From: Zancudomyces culisetae HAW-14-8
Lineage: Eukaryota > Fungi > Kickxellomycota
DNA length: 64,000 nucleotides
Assembly: GCA_052426225.1 (NCBI GenBank)
Contig: JBNJNM010000015.1
Location: 1,798,001 to 1,862,000 of the forward strand
Reading direction: 5' to 3'
Part shown: positions 57,681 to 64,000 of the stretch, piece after piece
How the letters are laid out: each line of letters begins with the position of its first letter
How positions within the stretch are numbered: the stretch's first letter is position 1
Notes under the pieces: model-generated
The model's input: only the letters and a program-made list of their open reading frames with translations
Databases searched by the model: none
Told to the model about the DNA's origin: nothing
Made by a program: the position numbers and the translations under genes

Positions 57681-58375
57681 CTGTTGTAATTTTAGTTTGC
57701 AGAAAATTTCTCAGGAAATTTCCGCAACTAAACCTACAAAAAGTTCTGCTAATACAGGGGGATTGTTACTGGAATAAGTTTTACTTTATTTAACCAGTCA
57801 ACCCTACCTTTTTAGCTTATATTTAATTTAGTTTTATGTATTTATTACTTCAATAAATGCGATAAAACTGGGTAAAATTACGCCCAACTCCTAAAATTTG
57901 GTGTGCAAAACAATTAATTTTGGTCCAAAAATTAGACTCTGATACCTTTCTGATACCCTTTGAAAATTGTGTTACGCTTCACTACCTATGTTTTTTTTTG
58001 GTTTTAGGTAGGTTTTTGCTCAAATCACAAATTTCAATTTTATAGAGTAAAATCAAGTATTTTAGAGCTAATTTGTATTTTATTTAATGAATAACTTTTA
58101 AAAATAAAAAGATAAAACCACCAAACTTGTGGTGAGGTTACTAGTAATATACTAGTACCTGACTAGCTATTTTATTAGAACTTTATATAATAGAAACTTA
58201 AAATAAAATAATCAAAACTTAATATTGACTCACTTTTTGGGTGATAATTTCACCCTAGTAATCCCAGATTACTAGCTCGAACACCCGAGATAACGGTGGT
58301 TATTCGGTGTTTGAGAAGCTGTATGCTGTTTATCCAATAGTTTAGCTTGGATAGAACTAAGCATACAACATGTTT

Positions 58376-58911
58376 TGTTGTATAATTACATGTTTAACGT
58401 CCTACTGAGTAATATAATTACCCAGTATTATACAGGACGGGACTTTTATTAATATATATTAGGACTATAATTATTTTGGGAGAAAAAGACAATTTATTAA
58501 TTAATTCAAAACTAGACTATTTAATGCATAAAATAATACTATTTAAATTAACCAATAAAATACAAGGAAATACAGGTATATATTTCTACTATATAACAGT
58601 TTGTGTAATATTTAAAATTTATATTATATTACCCGTTATGGGTGCACAGTGTCAATACACTAGTTACTTCCTTCACGGATAGTGTTTAAGCTCACCGTTT
58701 ATGTTAATAACTGAATTTTGTGTAGACACTTGTTATATTTTACTATTGTAGTTTATTTTTTATGATATACTTAATAAAAATTGATAATAATGTTTTTCTT
58801 AAAACTAGAAATCCAAACTCCTATATAAAAGTAATGATAACACGAACTTGTTATCAAGGAAGTAGGAAAAAACCCTCCTAGGGAGAAAAGTCCAATCTTC
58901 CCAATAAAATG

Positions 58912-58967
<56 letters not shown>

Positions 58968-59429
58968 ATGACTCATTAATAAATTACCTAACCAATTTCT
59001 GACAAGGGGTAATCCATCCATTTCTATATGACATTTGACGGCATTTAATTTTTCCTTGTCGCTTTTACCCGACTTTACCGCCTTAACAAGTATTTTGAAA
59101 GTTTATACTATAATCTAATAACTACCTGAAGACGGTAGGACCCAGATTCAATGGCTTAATGTGTTTATTTTTGATTATAAACTAAAGAAAAAAGATACTG
59201 AATTCAGTAGGTCAGATACTTAGCCTTATATCTGATCTCTCATATTTTAAATAAACTAACTATATTATAACTATATAAGAAACATTGATAAAATTAATAT
59301 AAAATTAATATAAAAATTAATAGAGATTTACACGGGAAAAACCTCATAGGTGAAAAACACCGTGTAAGTCTTTGCACATCACACGAAAGCACCCGTGTGA
59401 TGTACATCCTGTCGCTCATTGATGCGACA
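58376..59429 (-). mobile_element. Probable solo LTR (E3), 1054 bp
   Basis: TGTTG...CGACA ends flanked by a perfect 5-bp direct repeat TGTTT (58371-58375, 59430-59434). The terminus ATGCGACA is shared with the E4 LTR. Confidence 0.75.
58912..58966. repeat. (AAT)n microsatellite inside the solo LTR
   Basis: About 18 perfect AAT units read directly. Confidence 0.95.
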
Positions 59430-59868
59430 TGTTTTGTTAGCGAAACACAGGTTTACTTCGGTATTTTGAATATTATATATTTATTTTGATAGAAATACTA
59501 TACTAAGTACTATGTTTAAAATTGTTTTCACTATAGTAACTATGCTAAAACAAATAGACCAAATTTAAATAAACTATATTTATTTGATGATGTAATACTA
59601 AGTGAATATCTAGCCATATTTATACATTTTAAAAATGACTATTACAATATTCTGAAATAATTTTATACTAATTAAATAAAAATCCTATAAAATATATTTA
59701 AATTGAACTAGAGTGTTGCTGTAGAAAAAATCCAGAAGGATAAAAAAACTAGGCAGCACATAATATAATAAATAACCTATAATAAATAATATCTTATATT
59801 AAATGATAAACCTAAATATTAATATAAAAGTATATGAATAACTGGTAAGTTAAAATTATATAATGACT

Positions 59869-60252
59869 TTAGGTAGCTCTAGCCACTATATAACAGTTTG
59901 TTATGTCGTAATAATCATAATTCGGGAGATCATGATTATTATGTTCATCACGTGTCATACCAGTTCGGGTATGACCACTTGATGAGGATGCACCACTACC
60001 CCGTAGTGTGATGTGCATATAGGGGTGCTCGGGTGAGCTATTTCCCCTGTACAATGTCGGTGAGATGCTGCTCACGGACATTGGTTCTGGGCTCCTACGG
60101 ATTTGGAGTTGACGGACACTTTCTGTCAACTCCCCAAGAGTCCGAGGGCTTAGAACCCCGGTCTCTTGGTCCATGCTACTAGCCGTACTCAGACTGGAGC
60201 TAGTTTCTGAATCCCTCTTGGATTCGCTTTTACTATAAAAGAAATAGTTCAT
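59869..60252 (-). CDS. Ser-rich 127-aa hypothetical protein inside the inferred E4 LTR
   Basis: GC-richer open frame with AAAAATG context in very AT-rich flanks, on the same strand as the element. No recognised domain. Confidence 0.45.
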   Translation of the reverse strand: MNYFFYSKSESKRDSETSSSLSTASSMDQETGVLSPRTLGELTESVRQLQIRRSPEPMSVSSISPTLYRGNSSPEHPYMHITLRGSGASSSSGHTRTGMTRDEHNNHDLPNYDYYDITNCYIVARAT

Positions 60253-60734
60253 TTTTGGTTATTGGTTATTATCAATAATATTCTGAAGTTTGTTTTATTG
60301 TGTTTAAATAAATATACTATTTAATCCGTAGAGTAGAACATGGATGAGGTTTTTCCATTTCCCTCTTCTTGTTCCTTAAATATAAATTTCTATTAAACTG
60401 CTACTATCTTCAAAACGTTTAAATTACTATTACTTATGTACTATAAGAACTATATGACTTTATACTGACTTCCTCTACATATTTTACTTATGTAGTGAAT
60501 GTTGAATTAGGTGTTGGGAACACCTAATAATTATTATCTAATTTAGGATTTAGTATGAAGACATTTTTCATACTAAATTCTATCATTATTGAGTCGACTC
60601 AGCATGTAGAATTAATTTCATACTGTGTCGCTCATTTTCCAAATTGAATTTCATGCAGATACAAAAATTTAATTTTCATTCTGCGATGAGTGTACTTCAA
60701 TTTGTACTACAATTGTACTTAAGTGTACAATTGC

Positions 60735-63700
60735 TCACTCATGCGACATTTCCCCACTTAATTCTTGATCGTCCTCGATCATCTTATCTTCTGTAGGCTG
60801 TTTCATGGATATTGCGCCAGTTGTTCGAGCACTGCCTGTGTATAGGTCTGGTATGATTTCGTATTCGGGGTAATATTTTCTCAATCTGTCCACATGTACT
60901 TTATCAACGTTACCCGCTCTGTCTATTATTTCATATATCCCGTTACCTAGGTTTTTAATTACTTCGAATGGTCCGACGTTCCTGTGCATTGTAAAAGGGT
61001 TACGGGTTGCCGTGGCTTTAAGTACTTGTTCCCCTATTTCGAATACCCTTGGTCGTACCCCTTTGTTGTACCTATTCTCTTCATATGCTTTTTGTTTTTT
61101 GGCTAACTCAATCGACAACTGTCTGTATGTTGGTATTTCCTTCTCCAGAAACTCTAGTCTAGTACGAAGCGCAACTTCCTTTTCAAGGTCCTTTGGTATT
61201 TCACTACTCCATATTTCCGGAGTAAGCAGTTTTAAACCATATACTACCTCCGCTGGCGATCTTCCAAGACTTTTGTGAATTGTTGTCCTCATTGTTAGCA
61301 GTGTGCGCCATATGTATGCGTCCCAGTTCTCCGGTCTGCTAATTGTTTGTTTGATTAGTAATTGTTTTAAAGTTTGAATAGACCGTTCAACTTGTCCGTT
61401 TGATGATGGCCTATACGCCGTCACCGGTTTTTGTTCGATCCCCAAAAACTCATTGAATCTTGCACAAGCCTCATTGCTTAAGTGTGTTCCTCGATCTGTG
61501 ATTAATATTTTCGGTACTCCAAAGTTCGCTATGATCATCTCCGTTATGAAGGTACATATTACTTCGGCGTTTATTGCTTTTACTGCTAGTGCTACGGGCC
61601 ACTTTGTGAAATAATCCACTGCTACAATTATGTATTATTTCCTTCGGGTTTTGTTATGGGATTCATAGGACCTGCTACATCCAGCCCCCATACCTTAAAC
61701 GGTTCACTTGGAATAATTGGGTGTAATCTTTCAGCTTTTCGTTGGCTATAGTTAGTTCGTTGGCACACTTCGCAGCGTTCACAGATTAGTTTCACCATTG
61801 GGTAACTATTAGGAGCGTAATAGTGTTCGCTCAGGTATCGGTACGTTGCAACTGCGTTTCGGTGTTGTTCGTAGTGGATTCTATATATTGTTTCGTGCAA
61901 CTCATTTGGGTGTAAGTATTTCCTCTTTACTTTGTCGTTATGTATAATGGTATCTCCTTGTAAGGCTAACTTTGATATCAGTTTGTCGCCTTTTGTTGTG
62001 TCATTTATAGCTATATTATATTTTATCTTGTTTTTCAACTCCTCATATCCTTTAACAGAAATGTATAACACTTCTTCAATCTGCTCTGGTATATCCTCCC
62101 AGGGAAATCTGCTTAAGTAGTCTGCCGGGTTTGTTTTCCCTTCCCGGTGTATAACATCAAAGTCGTAATGCCTAAGTTTTAACACCCATCTACCGATTCG
62201 GCCTTTTACTGGTTCCTTTTTGAACAGCTCTACCAGCGCGCTATGGTCAGTAATAACGGTAAATTTTCTTCCATATAAATAGTAGTGGAAGTGTGTTAGC
62301 GCCCAGACGACTGCTAACCCTTCTAGGTGTGTAATACTGTAATTTGATTCTGCTGGCGAAAGTGTCCTGCTAGCATAACATATTACACCTTCCTTGCCTT
62401 CTGCTCCTTGTGCCAATATGGCACCTAGGCCCGCGGTTGATGCATCCGTTATTACTGTGAAGTCCTTGTTCCAGTCCGGGTGGTTGAGTATTGGTCGATT
62501 TATTAGCTGATTCTGGAGGTATTCATATGCCTGTTGTTGTTCGGCGCCCCATTTATAGTTTACGTTTTTCTTTGTTAACGTTGTTAGCGGCTTCGCAATA
62601 GCTGAAAAATTTTTTATGAATTTTCTGTAGTACCCGACTAGTCCTAAGTAACTTCGAATCCCATCTACATCCTTAGGTGGTACTAAGGTTTTCACTTTTT
62701 GAATGTTCTCAGTGTCCGGTTTTATTCCTTGTGCACTAATCGTGTGTCCTAAATATTTTACTTCCGTGTACCCTATCCTACACTTTTCTGCATGTAATTT
62801 AATGTTATTAGCTTTTAGCAATTCTATTATTCTACATACATCTTGTATATGTTCATTAAACGATTTAGAATAAATTATAATATCGTCAATGTACACCATG
62901 ACGCATCTGTGTAATTCGCTTTTCAGTACGTCCTCCATCACTCTTTGAAATATGGATGGAGCATTCGTCAGACCGAATGGGAGTACAGTAAATTGGAATA
63001 ACCCTAGGCCTGGGCCAGGTGTGAAGGCAGTCATTTCTTGGGTAACACGATCGAGTGGTATTTGCCAATACCCACTAAGCGCATCAAGTGTAGAAAAGTA
63101 CTTTGCACCTTGTAGATTACTGAGTATTTCGTCAATATTCGGAATTGGGTAAGCATCTTTTCTTGAAATATCATTCAACTTTCGGTAGTCAACACATATT
63201 CTCTTTTTCCCGTCCTTTTTATTAACTACTACCATAGGGAAACAGTATGGACTGTTCGATTTTATGATAACACCCTGTGTCTCCATTTCTGCTATTTGGT
63301 TCATGACTTCCTCCTGTAATCTTTTCGCTAGTCGGTATGGTTTGCAATGAATCGGTTTTGGGTCGAGTAATTCAATTATTACCGGTTCAACCTTGGCTCT
63401 ACGAAATTCTTCTAGATCATGAGCAAACTCATCCTCATTATCCCTTATCACCGCCTTAAGTTGCTGCTTTTGATGCTCTTCTAACTGTTGGTTAATGATC
63501 ATGCCTTGGTTATCTATCAGGTTTACTGCCAAAATGGTTTTTGTCGGTTCTGTATTGCCATCCTGTCTTAAGATTAAAGGTACTTCATGTACTCTCCCTT
63601 TTATGTTGCAGTACATTATATTTTTCTCCATATTTATATGTGCTTTTAAACATGCAAATAGGTCTACTCCCAATAGTAGAAGATCCGGTTTTCCCTGCTT

Positions 63701-64000
63701 GATTGAGTATATTGGTATGCAAACACTAAATGTATCGAATGTTATTTGTACTGATGGATAGTACCGTGGTTTGGAATGGTTTCCTTCCACTCCAACAATA
63801 GTCACAGTTGTTTCTTGCCCTTTGCCTAAATTCAGTCTTCTAGCCATTTCGCTGCTCATCAGATTGGTGGCTGCTCCACTGTCATATTGAAATCTTGTAC
63901 TTATGTTATTTACTTTGACACTACCCATTATGGCGGTTATCTTATTACTCATCTCTCTTTGCGAAACTACTGGATGCTTAATGCCTTGTTCCTTTATCTC
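60735..64000 (-). pseudogene. E4 pol (PR-RT-RH-IN) split by a 1-nt frameshift in integrase near 61635. The frame stays open to the window edge
   Basis: YDSGA, LPFGL, YIDD, TDAS, WGLDVAGP. The sequence GGA AAT AA- TAC ATA ATT GTA GCA GTG GAT TAT restores GNxYIIVAVDYFTKW if one base is added. Confidence 0.85.

Larger units (their letters stand above)
51986..58370 (-). mobile_element. Full-length Ty3/Gypsy LTR retrotransposon E2
   Basis: Two 689-bp LTRs (51986-52674, 57682-58370) with TGTTG...CAACA ends and 2 mismatches seen. PPT at ~52675-52687, PBS at 57663-57680, intact gag-pol. Confidence 0.97.
59435..64000 (-). mobile_element. Ty3/Gypsy retrotransposon E4 (3' part only; gag and 5' LTR lie outside the window). 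Inferred 3' LTR 59435-60748
   Basis: PPT AGTGGGGAAA is followed directly by TGTCGCAT at 60748 (minus strand). The other end is CTAACA at 59435, abutting TGTTT. pol ORFs lie upstream. Confidence 0.88.

Overview
Eukaryotic, AT-rich, intron-containing fungal DNA. The gene set and short GT-AG introns fit a fungus, and an early-diverging lineage such as Zoopagomycota/Harpellales is only a guess. The left two-thirds (1-39 kb) is ordinary gene space: a HUL4/HECTD2-type HECT ligase, a small RRM protein, a FLILHELTA/Mrx11-like protein, EB1/BIM1, a 2065-aa Ime2/MAK-type kinase, a Swf1-like DHHC palmitoyltransferase, a secreted Cys-module + Thr-rich mucin-like protein, a small secreted Cys protein and a Fungal_trans-type regulator. 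A diverged ~1.37-kb tandem duplication follows at 40-42 kb. The main signal is at 43.3-64 kb. A tRNA-Lys(TTT) gene on the minus strand has at least four Ty3/Gypsy LTR insertions stacked directly upstream, all in the same orientation: intact E1, intact E2, a probable solo LTR, and a frameshifted E4 that runs off the window. Chained target-site duplications place each insertion 7-9 bp from the tRNA 5' end, each pushing the older ones outward, so the array reads as a chronological record. E1 also carries an ORF-free ~2.9-kb 5' leader made mostly of consecutive hairpins, and the E4 LTR contains a 127-aa ORF. All alignments and folds were done by eye.
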